From Candidatus Nitrosomirales archaeon (GTDB taxonomy: Archaea > Thermoproteota > Nitrososphaeria > Nitrososphaerales > UBA213): 64,000 bases of DNA. Both the position numbers and the translations under genes were made by a program. The stretch lies in the NCBI GenBank assembly GCA_049199595.1, contig JBMCYV010000012.1, positions 3,660-67,659 on the forward strand, read 5' to 3'. Of this stretch, positions 45,527 through 55,079 are shown in pieces. The first letter of the stretch is position 1. The number at the start of each line of letters is the position of its first letter. The notes beneath the pieces are model-generated. The model searched no databases. It was not told the origin of the DNA and saw only the letters and a list, made by a program, of their open reading frames with translations.

Positions 45527-46137
45527 AAATCGGCCTTATCCAGTTAAAGGTTCTTGAAATAGTTCACACTCGTAAATGCAAGAAGGTACAAGAAATTGTA
45601 GAAATACTAAGACAGTCAGATTCAGCTCTTACCATTGACGAGATAAGAGAAGCTATTGAATCACTTCATGACGATGGAAAGCTCGTTTTGAATGAACCCA
45701 GACTGCAAGGGTCTTTTTTCAGCCACATTACAAAGAATTTTGATTTCATCGCTCTTCCACTCTGGCTAAGTTTAGCCGCAATCATCCTGACCATGATTAC
45801 GATTTATGTTACACCAGATATCCAAGAGCTACTACATGTAAGAATCATTTCAGGCTCTGCAGTTGTACTACTTATTCCTGGCTATGGATTGATTGGCTTG
45901 CTATTTCCCAGCAAAGATACTACAACACTTGAGCGCATAGGGTTCAGCTTTGCAATTAGTCTAGCACTAATTCCAATCCTGTGGCTCGTCATGACTTATT
46001 CGCCACTTGAAGCGAGTATAGATTCAATGGTGTTGGGCATGAGTGCCGCCGGAGCTTTATTGATATCGACTGGCGCATATAGGCAATTTTCGGCAAAAAA
46101 GGAGAGGGTTGCAGTGATGGTAGTAGATAACAAATGA
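45493..46137 (+). CDS. membrane protein with N-terminal wHTH-like domain and 4 TM helices
   Basis: LKVLEIVHTRKCKKVQEIVEILRQSDSALTIDEIREAIESLHDDGKLVL, followed by four hydrophobic helices. GTG/TTG start uncertain. Confidence 0.45.
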   Translation: MESDLVQYKELEIGLIQLKVLEIVHTRKCKKVQEIVEILRQSDSALTIDEIREAIESLHDDGKLVLNEPRLQGSFFSHITKNFDFIALPLWLSLAAIILTMITIYVTPDIQELLHVRIISGSAVVLLIPGYGLIGLLFPSKDTTTLERIGFSFAISLALIPILWLVMTYSPLEASIDSMVLGMSAAGALLISTGAYRQFSAKKERVAVMVVDNK

Positions 46138-47621
46138 AGCCAAAAACTTCGTTTAACAAATTTGCAAAAGGATCATATTTCCTAATACTGGACAATCTTA
46201 CGAATCTCGGCATTGGGGCGATCTTCTGGGTCGTTCTAGCAAAGATCGCTGAACCTGGTGTAATAGGACAAGCAATGGTCATCACGGGTTTTGCAACTAT
46301 CTTCATTGCGTTCACTGGGCATGGCATCCAGATCGGACTGTCAAAATACATCTCTGAATATGATGCAAGGAACATGCCAAATACTGTTAGACGGTTATTG
46401 AGAAACGGGATCAAAGGTGGTCTAATGATAAGTGCTGTATTGGTCGTAGCGATTTCGTTATTGTCGGGTCAAATATCAGAATCGGCCTATCAAAATGAAT
46501 CACTTGCATTGTTACTTGTATTTTTGATCGTGACATTCGTTCCCACACAGACCGTCATGTGGGTGCTCATTGGCGCATTCCAAGGGATGCAGGAAATGAA
46601 GTATGTTACGGCAACAGACCTCATATTCCAACTTTCAAGAATGGGTTTTGCCGTGTTTGGTGTTCTATATGGTCTTGATGTTTTTGGAATTCTTCTTGGA
46701 TTTGCACTTGCTTCATTTCTATCCTTAGGGGTTTGTTATTTCTACCTTTTACCGCGAGCGATTCCGAAATCAACAGACCAAAAGGAATCTGAATCAAAAG
46801 AAGGAATGAAACAAGTAACTCGCTTCACCAGCTTCAACTATTTCGAGATAGGAATTAAGACATTCAGTGTGCAACTTGGGATACTCGTCCTTGGTACACA
46901 AAGCTTCGAGTGGGCTGCCTTTTACGGATTGGCGTTGCTTATTTCAAAAATTGTAGGGTCATTTTCGCGATCGGTAGGAATGGCACTTCTTCCTGCGGCT
47001 TCGGTCCAGCTAGCAACTGGCAGCAAAGTCGAACTGCGAAATATGGTCAATACTGCTGTAAGAATTTCTACAATGATCAGCGGTTTTGGATTTATTATCC
47101 TAGTTATAGATCCAACGTACTTCCTTAACCTAATATCAGACAAATATGTCGAAGCTGCGTTGGCTCTGCGGATCTTGGCTGCATCTGCAATAATTACTGC
47201 TATGGCCTCGATATTTACATCACTCCTAAATGCCTCAAATCGGGCCAAAGATGTGGCCAAAATAGGATTTATTTCATCTATGATCGGCATTGCGCTCACG
47301 CTTATTCTCCCACAATTCATTGGCTTGGAAGGAGCTGCACTTGCATTTCTTACTAGCTCAATAATTAACTTGAGCCTAGCATTACTTGCGCTCAAAAAGG
47401 AAAAGATCACTGCCTCATCGCGAAGCATGATTAGACCATTTGTTGCTATCATAAGCGGAATTCTTGTAGGTCAAGTGTTTGTATTTTTCAACCAAATATT
47501 ATTGGGCATAATTATCGCAATTGTCTGCTATATCGGGTTTTGCATAGCTTACCGAGTTACCACAAGAGTGGAAATAAAGAAATTGATTAGCATAGCAGTA
47601 AACAAAAAGACTGCAGAGTAA
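46134..47621 (+). CDS. Wzx-like oligosaccharide/polysaccharide flippase (MOP superfamily)
   Basis: About 12-14 TM helices. N-terminal ..FAKGSYFLILDNLTNLGIGAIFWVVLAKIAEPGVIGQ.. is typical of the polysaccharide-biosynthesis flippase family. Confidence 0.8.
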   Translation: MKPKTSFNKFAKGSYFLILDNLTNLGIGAIFWVVLAKIAEPGVIGQAMVITGFATIFIAFTGHGIQIGLSKYISEYDARNMPNTVRRLLRNGIKGGLMISAVLVVAISLLSGQISESAYQNESLALLLVFLIVTFVPTQTVMWVLIGAFQGMQEMKYVTATDLIFQLSRMGFAVFGVLYGLDVFGILLGFALASFLSLGVCYFYLLPRAIPKSTDQKESESKEGMKQVTRFTSFNYFEIGIKTFSVQLGILVLGTQSFEWAAFYGLALLISKIVGSFSRSVGMALLPAASVQLATGSKVELRNMVNTAVRISTMISGFGFIILVIDPTYFLNLISDKYVEAALALRILAASAIITAMASIFTSLLNASNRAKDVAKIGFISSMIGIALTLILPQFIGLEGAALAFLTSSIINLSLALLALKKEKITASSRSMIRPFVAIISGILVGQVFVFFNQILLGIIIAIVCYIGFCIAYRVTTRVEIKKLISIAVNKKTAE

Positions 47622-47741
47622 GGTAAAATCACTTTGAGCAATAACCAAAGAAGCAAATTCTTGTATGTATATATTCAATATTGTCAAGTCCTTGAAAATT
47701 ATCTTGCCTTGAACAGACGCTCAGTTTTAGTAGGGTAAAAT

Positions 47742-48797
47742 TTGTTAAGTAGAAGTGTAAGAATTCCCAGCTTCTTCTATGTCAATAAGGGAGCTGTAGA
47801 TACAATTAATGAAATCTTGGCTACAGAAACAGTTAATTCGGCAAGAACAATGATTGTCTCGGGAAGATCCTTTACAAAGTCTATTGGAGATCGTGTAAAG
47901 AGATCTATTGATGGCGAGTGCTCGAGGATTTATCTGAATAATAACACACCAGGTTCAATTAATGAAATCGAAAATGCCATCAAGAATTTCGATCCCACTT
48001 TGGTTGTGGGTGTTGGTGGAGGAAAAGTTCTGGATGCAACAAAGTTTTGCGCGTATAGATTAGATAAGCCATTCATGGCTATTCCAACCGTCCTCTCAAA
48101 TGATGGGATATCCTCACCTGTGTCTGTCATAAACACAGACCATGGCACAACTAGCATTGGCGCCAATCCGCCTGTAGGAATAGTAGTAGATATTGATGTT
48201 ATTAAAAAGGCGCCTGTCGAGACTGTTCTGTCTGGCATAGGTGATCTGATATCTAATATTTCTGCAGTAGATGACTGGAACTTAGCCAATAGATACGTGG
48301 GTGAAAAGATAGACAAATTTGCAGAGATACTAGCCAAGAACTCTGCTGAAGGCTTCGTTCAACATCTTGTAGCTGCTGGAAATGACTCTATGTCAATTCT
48401 AACTGATCGAATCCTTACTTTACTTGCCGAAGGTCTAATACAAAGTGGGATAGCAATGTCATTAGCAGGTTCTTCAAGACCTTGCAGTGGCTCAGAACAC
48501 CTAATTAGTCATGCCCTTGATCGCCTGTTGAATTTTGAAAAGCCCCACGGCCTTCAGGTTGGTCTCTCAACTATCTTTACAATTGCGCTTAGGAAAAAAG
48601 ACGCCTCTAACCTAGTTAACCTATATCAAAAAATAGGTTTTCCAACTACTCCAGCTCAATTGGGTATACCCATGGCCACTTTTGTTGAAGCGATAAATCT
48701 TGCTCCCACTACAAGGAAAGAAAGATTTACGATACTAGATGTAGTGACAGATTCCGAAATAAAGAGGGCATTAGACGATGCCTATGGCACAGGCTAA
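47742..48797 (+). CDS. egsA: sn-glycerol-1-phosphate dehydrogenase family protein (iron-ADH/DHQS fold)
   Basis: GVGGGKVLDATKF.., PFMAIPTVLSNDGISSPVSVI, GDLISN, SGSEHLISHALD are G1PDH-type signatures. Whether this is the housekeeping lipid enzyme or a cluster-specific paralog cannot be told from the window. Confidence 0.7.
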   Translation: MLSRSVRIPSFFYVNKGAVDTINEILATETVNSARTMIVSGRSFTKSIGDRVKRSIDGECSRIYLNNNTPGSINEIENAIKNFDPTLVVGVGGGKVLDATKFCAYRLDKPFMAIPTVLSNDGISSPVSVINTDHGTTSIGANPPVGIVVDIDVIKKAPVETVLSGIGDLISNISAVDDWNLANRYVGEKIDKFAEILAKNSAEGFVQHLVAAGNDSMSILTDRILTLLAEGLIQSGIAMSLAGSSRPCSGSEHLISHALDRLLNFEKPHGLQVGLSTIFTIALRKKDASNLVNLYQKIGFPTTPAQLGIPMATFVEAINLAPTTRKERFTILDVVTDSEIKRALDDAYGTG

Positions 48798-48907
48798 GGT
48801 TGTTGTCGTGCAATGATAAAGTTGAGCCAACCAAGTACTGTTTTCGCTATATATCACCCAAGTTACATAAGGCTTATGAAGAAACTCTACAACAAAGTGA
48901 CCAGTCA

Positions 48908-49669
48908 ATGCCAAGTCCAAAGCTAGCTATTATTCTTGCCGCTGGAATGGGTTCGAGACTAGGTGAGTACAGTAAGCATCTACCAAAGACCCTGTTAACA
49001 GTAGGTAATTCCACAATATTTGATAGGATGGTCGTAGGTTTAAGTATGATCGGGATAAAAGATATTGTCGTTATCACAGGTCACGCTGCGTCAACTTTGG
49101 AGACTCATGCCCTATCATATTCTAGCAAACTTGTAAATAATAATGTCAATTTTCATTTTATTCGGAATAACAATCTTGATATCGGAAACATCTACTCCTT
49201 TTGGCTAGCAAGAGGCAGAATGAACGAGGATTTTATCTTACTCAACAGCGATGTCGTTTTTGATTACGGGATTCTGAATCTTTTGAAAAATGACATACAC
49301 AGCTCTTCTTTGGTCATTGATGACTCCAAAACTCTCGGTGAAGAAGAAATGAAGGTTAATGTAACGGAAGGAGAGATCATTAAAGAAATCAGCAAGAAGT
49401 TGGATCCGATCTCCGCCGACGGCGAATACATTGGAATCATGAAGCTCTCAAGTGGTGATGCTACAAAAGTTATAGAACAGGTGGAGAGACTCATGTCTGA
49501 AAAGCAATTTCCGCTATATTATGAAGATGCACTGAGGAGAATCGCAAATAATAATGATTTTCTCGTTGCCTGCAGTACAAAGGGTTTGCCATGGACTGAA
49601 ATAGATACAGTTGAAGACATGCAATATGCCCAAACTATCATTTTACCACAATTGCAAAGTCCAGCATGA
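48908..49669 (+). CDS. sugar/alcohol-phosphate nucleotidyl(cytidylyl)transferase
   Basis: The in-frame ATG at 48908 gives MPSPKLAIILAAGMGSRLG..LPKTLL, the G-x-G-x-R-L signature at the N-terminus. The ORF track starts at TTG 48800. Confidence 0.75.
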   Translation: MPSPKLAIILAAGMGSRLGEYSKHLPKTLLTVGNSTIFDRMVVGLSMIGIKDIVVITGHAASTLETHALSYSSKLVNNNVNFHFIRNNNLDIGNIYSFWLARGRMNEDFILLNSDVVFDYGILNLLKNDIHSSSLVIDDSKTLGEEEMKVNVTEGEIIKEISKKLDPISADGEYIGIMKLSSGDATKVIEQVERLMSEKQFPLYYEDALRRIANNNDFLVACSTKGLPWTEIDTVEDMQYAQTIILPQLQSPA

Positions 49670-49706
49670 TTTGGGTTCAATTAGTTTGCTAGGGGAAATA
49701 TAGTAA

Positions 49707-50483
49707 ATGTCAAAAATTACAATCAAGGATATAAAGGATAGGTATCTAGTTTCCAAAGAAGAAGAGAAGAAGTTCAAATGGACATACTATGTGCGGAGGC
49801 CCCTATCATATTATCTGGCATGGTCTTGCTTAAACCTGGGCATTTCTGCAACAAAGGTTACTGTACTTTGGCTGATAATTGCGGTGACTGGTTGCATCTT
49901 TATTGCTTCAGGAGATTATCTTAGTACAATAATCGGTACATCCTTGCTTGAATTAGCCGTAATTCTAGACTGTGTTGACGGTCACATTGCTAGGCTTACC
50001 CGATCCACACGCATTGGACAAATCATGGATACTTGGGTTGGAGAAATATTGTTAGTCTCCTCACTTTTCTCTATTGGAATAGGTCTATCGAATAGCAATG
50101 AGGAACTTATGGTCAACAAAATAGCTGGTCTATTTGGATTTGCAGTAGATACGGAAACATTCCTTTATCTCGGATTCTTTACAGCACTCGCGTCACTATC
50201 CTCTTGGACCGTCAGGCTTCATTGGCGTACGATTACACAGAAACTATCATTGAATCAAGGGGAACCAGACAAAGATTTGAGAGAATCAAAAAGAGTTCTA
50301 ATCCTTGATAATTTGTTTCACTACTCTGGTGCATTAACAATGCTAATGGTCGCATCAGCCATTACCAGGACTCTGGACCTATTGTTGATCATTCTGAGCA
50401 TAATTATTGGTGTGTACCTACTGGGAATTATGTATCGTATCCTGAGAAAAGCTCGTTCTTTAGAGGCAGATGGCTCCGAATAA
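49707..50483 (+). CDS. CDP-alcohol phosphatidyltransferase-family membrane protein
   Basis: DCVDGHIARLTRSTRIGQIMDTWVGE gives D-x2-DG-x2-AR-x7-G-x3-D-x3-(G). The last Asp of the canonical motif is replaced. About 6 TM helices. Confidence 0.8.
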   Translation: MSKITIKDIKDRYLVSKEEEKKFKWTYYVRRPLSYYLAWSCLNLGISATKVTVLWLIIAVTGCIFIASGDYLSTIIGTSLLELAVILDCVDGHIARLTRSTRIGQIMDTWVGEILLVSSLFSIGIGLSNSNEELMVNKIAGLFGFAVDTETFLYLGFFTALASLSSWTVRLHWRTITQKLSLNQGEPDKDLRESKRVLILDNLFHYSGALTMLMVASAITRTLDLLLIILSIIIGVYLLGIMYRILRKARSLEADGSE

Positions 50484-50624
50484 TGCTATCAAGAGATTTT
50501 TATCTGAGTGCTCTTTTCGCCCGTCAACAGCATCCATTGGCTATTCAAATTGGAATTAAAGTTCAAACCGGAGATGAGTATCTGAACCAATACATCTTCT
50601 TTACTTCTCAAATATTGCAGTCAA

Positions 50625-52301
50625 ATGGTGCATTTAGGAGGACATAGCTATTTGGCATTAAGTTATTCCTCGATGATTGTAATTGAAGTTTTGATATTAG
50701 TTGCTGCCTTTACTTTTCTTTTATTCCTGACAAGGAAGGGGGTAGTATCTAGATCGCTATTGTTTGGACGACAACGGGCCAAGCTAATAGCTTCATTGCT
50801 ATTGGTGGCCTCAGTTGTTATATTCATTGCTCCGAAAATTAATCTACTTAATAATTACGAGTACACCAAACTCACGGCTGACTCATGGGATCATTATTTG
50901 GTAGTAAACAGCTGGAGCGAAACAGACGGATTTCAAACTAAGACTTATCCTTATTATACAAAATTCCCAGTCACATATTCAGTGCAAATAATGCTGCATC
51001 AACTATCAGGGTTATCTCTGTTTGATTCCATGACTGTCTACTATCTTTTTGTAGGTATTGGTGGCTTGCTAATTATCTACGGTATTGGAAGGGAGATAAT
51101 AAAGGGTTCAGGTACTGAGAAAATGATTTATGCTGGTATTGCTGGACTAGTCTACTCCTTCCTACATTACTTTAACCTGCTATTTGTACAGCAATATCCA
51201 ATCGCGATTGGAACTGTAGTCGGGCTCTTGTGCGTATATTCATTCATTCTGTTAGTAAAAAGAAGGAAAAGAGCTTTGATTTACATGTTTGTCGCAGGAG
51301 TTGTACTTGCCATATCACATCCTTTCGCCCCTATTTTTCTCTCCCTTCTATTCCTAACCTATTATATCACGAATAGGGTAGTTCCGTTTAGATCAAATCT
51401 GTATAAGGGTCTAATATCAAGACGCACGGCCCTTTTGATGTCATTTACGATTCTAATTGCTGGCATGACTTATTCTATGTTTGTAGCCACGGGGACTTTT
51501 GAGAGTGGTGTCAGGTGGTCAGAACTCAATACCCAGTATACTTTGCAAAAACTTTCATCCCAATTTCTGGAGTCGACTTTATCTGGTGTGGAGGAGTCAT
51601 TTGAGGCTCGTTATGGCATAATAGACTCGATGATCTATCCGCTAAACTGGGCGCTGCCAGCCTCTGCATCTATAAGCGTTCTAATCTTCTTCTTGATTAG
51701 GAAATTAAAGGTCGAGGAAGATGAAGAACTGCACATCCTCTTTCCGCTATCGATCATGTCAACATTGCTATTCCTACTGTCATTTGCATTCTCATTTGTT
51801 GAATTCGCATTTAGCAGGTATTTCGGAGCGTTTGCACTAGCACTCAATATCCCAGTTACCGCCTTTTTGATTTTTAGGATTGTGAAAACGAGAATTGCTT
51901 TTGCAAAATATATTGTATACGGAATAGTAGGCTTTGCGATAATATCATCTGTCACAGATCCTACCTTTTTTCCGTACATCGGTTATGAAACATCAGTCTA
52001 CAGAGATGCAAAAATATATCCCTCAGAATTGGACATTGTCGCTTGGAACGACTTTTATTCATCAGTGAGTAGTCAACAAAAGATAATCGAGACCGACCTG
52101 CATGGAGCCCCGATTAAATACTTTAAAGAGACACACGACTACAATAACGAGATAGTAGTTAACCCAAATACGTACACCCTCACCAGTGACAATGCTTACG
52201 TCGTTATCGACAAGGACAAGACTGACCTTACGCCACAACTACAGGATAACCCCTTGTTAGATAGAGTGTATGATAATTCGAAAATTTACTTTGGCCATTA
52301 A
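50625..52301 (+). CDS. polytopic membrane protein, candidate GT-C glycosyltransferase or glycan polymerase
   Basis: About 12 TM helices plus a ~110-aa C-terminal soluble domain. An acidic first loop (TADSWDHY). No WWDYG motif seen, so it is not an obvious AglB. Confidence 0.4.
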   Translation: MVHLGGHSYLALSYSSMIVIEVLILVAAFTFLLFLTRKGVVSRSLLFGRQRAKLIASLLLVASVVIFIAPKINLLNNYEYTKLTADSWDHYLVVNSWSETDGFQTKTYPYYTKFPVTYSVQIMLHQLSGLSLFDSMTVYYLFVGIGGLLIIYGIGREIIKGSGTEKMIYAGIAGLVYSFLHYFNLLFVQQYPIAIGTVVGLLCVYSFILLVKRRKRALIYMFVAGVVLAISHPFAPIFLSLLFLTYYITNRVVPFRSNLYKGLISRRTALLMSFTILIAGMTYSMFVATGTFESGVRWSELNTQYTLQKLSSQFLESTLSGVEESFEARYGIIDSMIYPLNWALPASASISVLIFFLIRKLKVEEDEELHILFPLSIMSTLLFLLSFAFSFVEFAFSRYFGAFALALNIPVTAFLIFRIVKTRIAFAKYIVYGIVGFAIISSVTDPTFFPYIGYETSVYRDAKIYPSELDIVAWNDFYSSVSSQQKIIETDLHGAPIKYFKETHDYNNEIVVNPNTYTLTSDNAYVVIDKDKTDLTPQLQDNPLLDRVYDNSKIYFGH

Positions 52302-52391
52302 CTATTACTATAGACTTGCTCCTACATAAAATACTTATAAAAGAAAACCTAATAGGTGTCGGCCGCTCGTGAAAGAAGAGGATTATTGAAC

Positions 52392-53804
52392 ATGACAGAT
52401 CAAGATACTAAGAAAGTGAAGCTGTTGGTGATAGGCTTGGATTCTATGCCCTCCACCCTATTCAAGAATTTGGATATCCTTCCGAACATTAGAAAAATGG
52501 TGGAGAATGGCTTTCATTCTGTGTTAGAGAGCTGTCACCCCCCAATTACAATTCCAGCTTGGATGGTGATGATGACCGGCAAGTCGCCCGGTGAATTGGG
52601 GATTTATGGATTTAGACATCGAAAGGGGCCTTCATACAACGAAGGGTGGATAGCTACATCAAACTCTATAAAGGAGAAAAAGGTCTGGGATTATCTTGCC
52701 GAACAAGGTAAGAAATCATGTCTGATAGGCGTTCCTCCAAGTTATCCTCCCTATCCTGTAAACGGAAATCTCGTATCATGCTTCATTACCCCCAGCAACA
52801 AAAATGATTATACATATCCGCCTGAACTGAAACAAGAAATTGAATCGCTGGTCGGCAATTACATGTTCGACGTAGTATTTAGAACTGACGATAGAGACGC
52901 GATTTTAAAAGCCCTCTATGAAATGACCGAAAAGCGCTTTGCCGTCATTAAGCAACTAATGAAGAAGGATACTTGGAACTTCTTAATGTTCGTAGAGATT
53001 GGGGTAGATAGGATTCATCATGCATTTTGGAAATTTCATGACAAGACTCATCCAAGGTATATTCCGGGTAACAAATATGAAAATGTTATTACAGAATACT
53101 ACAAATTCATAGACAAAAAGATAGGCGAGCTTATGGCGCTAGCAGACGATGATACCTTCATCCTTACTGTCTCAGATCATGGCACCGCAGGAATGAAGGG
53201 TTGTTTCTGCATAAATGAATGGATGATTCAGCAAGGATACCTGTCAATGAAGCGTTACCCAGACAAACAGACGGATATTGACAAATGCGATATTGATTGG
53301 TCAAAAACTAGTGCATGGGGTTGGGGTGGATATTATGCACGGATATTTCTCAACATAAAGGGCAGAGAACCAAATGGAGTGATACCACAGGAGGATTACG
53401 AGAAGGCAAGAGAAGAGCTGCGCCAAAAGTTATCAAAAATTAGAGGGCCGAATGGAGAAGTGTTTGAAAACAAAATCTTTACTCCTGAGCAGCTTTATGA
53501 AAAGGCAATCGGTGATAGACCTGATCTCATGGTATATTTTGATAACCTATATTGGAGGTCCGCAGGCACAATAGGTCATAATTCATTGTACTTGAGTGAA
53601 AATGATACGGGGCCAGACGACTCTGTTCACTGGTATGATGGTATCATAATACTGTATAACAAGAAAAAGGCCAATAAAATGCAACGGGAGCGGATGACCA
53701 TTTACGATGTCGCCCCTAACATATTGAAGATGATGGGATTGCAGATTCCAAACGATATGCATGGAAGTGTAATTCCCGAGATAGAGCAATGGCTCAAAAG
53801 CTAG
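52392..53804 (+). CDS. alkaline-phosphatase-superfamily protein (nucleotide pyrophosphatase/phosphodiesterase type)
   Basis: ATG at 52392. KLLVIGLDSM.., ..CHPPITIPAWMVMMTGKSPGELGIYGF (Thr nucleophile context), ..VSDHGT... No signal peptide. Confidence 0.7.
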   Translation: MTDQDTKKVKLLVIGLDSMPSTLFKNLDILPNIRKMVENGFHSVLESCHPPITIPAWMVMMTGKSPGELGIYGFRHRKGPSYNEGWIATSNSIKEKKVWDYLAEQGKKSCLIGVPPSYPPYPVNGNLVSCFITPSNKNDYTYPPELKQEIESLVGNYMFDVVFRTDDRDAILKALYEMTEKRFAVIKQLMKKDTWNFLMFVEIGVDRIHHAFWKFHDKTHPRYIPGNKYENVITEYYKFIDKKIGELMALADDDTFILTVSDHGTAGMKGCFCINEWMIQQGYLSMKRYPDKQTDIDKCDIDWSKTSAWGWGGYYARIFLNIKGREPNGVIPQEDYEKAREELRQKLSKIRGPNGEVFENKIFTPEQLYEKAIGDRPDLMVYFDNLYWRSAGTIGHNSLYLSENDTGPDDSVHWYDGIIILYNKKKANKMQRERMTIYDVAPNILKMMGLQIPNDMHGSVIPEIEQWLKS

Positions 53805-53848
53805 ACATTCTGGCACGCTCGGCTCACTTGTAAGAGGTTTTGCAAGAA

Positions 53849-54376
53849 ATGCAATTGAATGGGAGAATATTCAGACCAATTGTGATAGCTTTTATTATTA
53901 TTGTCTTCCAACCAAGTTGGGCTAGCGCAGAAATTCCTCAGAATGAATACATTCTCAACATCGATGGGTATGATTTTCCAGTAGATTACACGATCACAGG
54001 TGCGACTATTACTTCGATTCTTGCTGACAAAGATGCTGCCGCACTCCGGATATTAATTAATGCCCAAGATGCTGGAATTCTGACCATCGCGCTTCCAAGG
54101 ATTATGATAGACTCTCTGGATGGCGAAGCCGATAAGGCATTTGTTGTTCACCTGTCAGAAGAAGGTATCGATGATGGCGGAAATCCAATTCAAACAATTG
54201 AAATGTATGATGACTCGTCCGACTACCGAATATTACAATTTGAATTCACCGAGAGGACAACACAAATACAGATAACAGGTACGCACATTGCCCCGGAATT
54301 CGGCCCGATCTACGTTCTTGCCGGACTGATGATCTTGACCATGCTCATCGCACGAATTGCAAGAAATAGCCAGTAG
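53849..54376 (+). CDS. small secreted protein with PEFG C-terminal sorting signal
   Basis: Signal peptide. One copy of the ~105-aa module found twice in 11848..13083 (..ILTIALPRIMIDSLDGEADKAFVVHL..ILQFEFTERTTQIQITGT). Ends HIAPEFGPIYVLAGLMILTMLIARIARNSQ. Confidence 0.8.
   Translation: MQLNGRIFRPIVIAFIIIVFQPSWASAEIPQNEYILNIDGYDFPVDYTITGATITSILADKDAAALRILINAQDAGILTIALPRIMIDSLDGEADKAFVVHLSEEGIDDGGNPIQTIEMYDDSSDYRILQFEFTERTTQIQITGTHIAPEFGPIYVLAGLMILTMLIARIARNSQ
54290..54373 (+). other. C-terminal sorting signal, PEFG class
   Basis: APEFG + 16 hydrophobic residues + RIARNSQ. Confidence 0.65.
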
Positions 54377-54504
54377 CTGAAGTCAGATAAACAATTTTGA
54401 GGATAACTGAACCAATTATCTATATCCCGACCTACATAACATCAACTTCACAGAAGTTATAAAATACCAAAATATCTGATGGTTGTTTGACCCAAATAGA
54501 AGAG

Positions 54505-55059
54505 ATGAAGCAATATCAACAGCCCGGATTTGGGTTTGTCATATGGCTAACAGGATTGCCCGGATCGGGAAAAACCACTATCGCGAAAGAGTTGGCTCCA
54601 AAGCTCAGGGAAGCAGGTCTTAAAGTCGAGCTGTTTGATGGAGACGAGGTTAGGAAGCAGTTAAGCCCAGATCTGGGTTTTACAAAAAAGGATAGAGAGG
54701 TCCATGCTAGAAGAGTCGTATATCTTAGCAAAATACTTGCAAGGAATGGTATAGTGTCTATTGTCTCTTTAATATCGCCTTATCGTGAATTTCGCGAATT
54801 TGCTAGAAAGGAAATCGTCAATTTCGTTGAAGTATTTGTCAAGGCATCATTAGAGACTTGCATTAAAAGAGATCCAAAAGGACTTTACAAAAAGGCTCTA
54901 AATGGAGAAATAACCGATCTGACTGGCCTACAAGACGTGTACGAAGAGCCATTAAATCCAGAAGTGATGGTTGAGACAGAAATGGAACCTGTTGAAGCCA
55001 GCACACAAAAAATTATTCAAGGGCTCATGGACAAAGGGTACGTTGCCCCAATGAGTTAA
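54505..55059 (+). CDS. cysC: adenylyl-sulfate (APS) kinase
   Basis: GFVIWLTGLPGSGKTTIAKEL..LFDGDEVRKQLSPDLGFTKKDREVHARRV..IVSLISPYREFREFAR..VFVKASLETCIKRDPKGLYKKA. Full APS-kinase signature. An upstream TTG at 54487 is also possible. Confidence 0.9.
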   Translation: MKQYQQPGFGFVIWLTGLPGSGKTTIAKELAPKLREAGLKVELFDGDEVRKQLSPDLGFTKKDREVHARRVVYLSKILARNGIVSIVSLISPYREFREFARKEIVNFVEVFVKASLETCIKRDPKGLYKKALNGEITDLTGLQDVYEEPLNPEVMVETEMEPVEASTQKIIQGLMDKGYVAPMS

Positions 55060-55079
55060 TCCAGGGACTGTAACTGATT

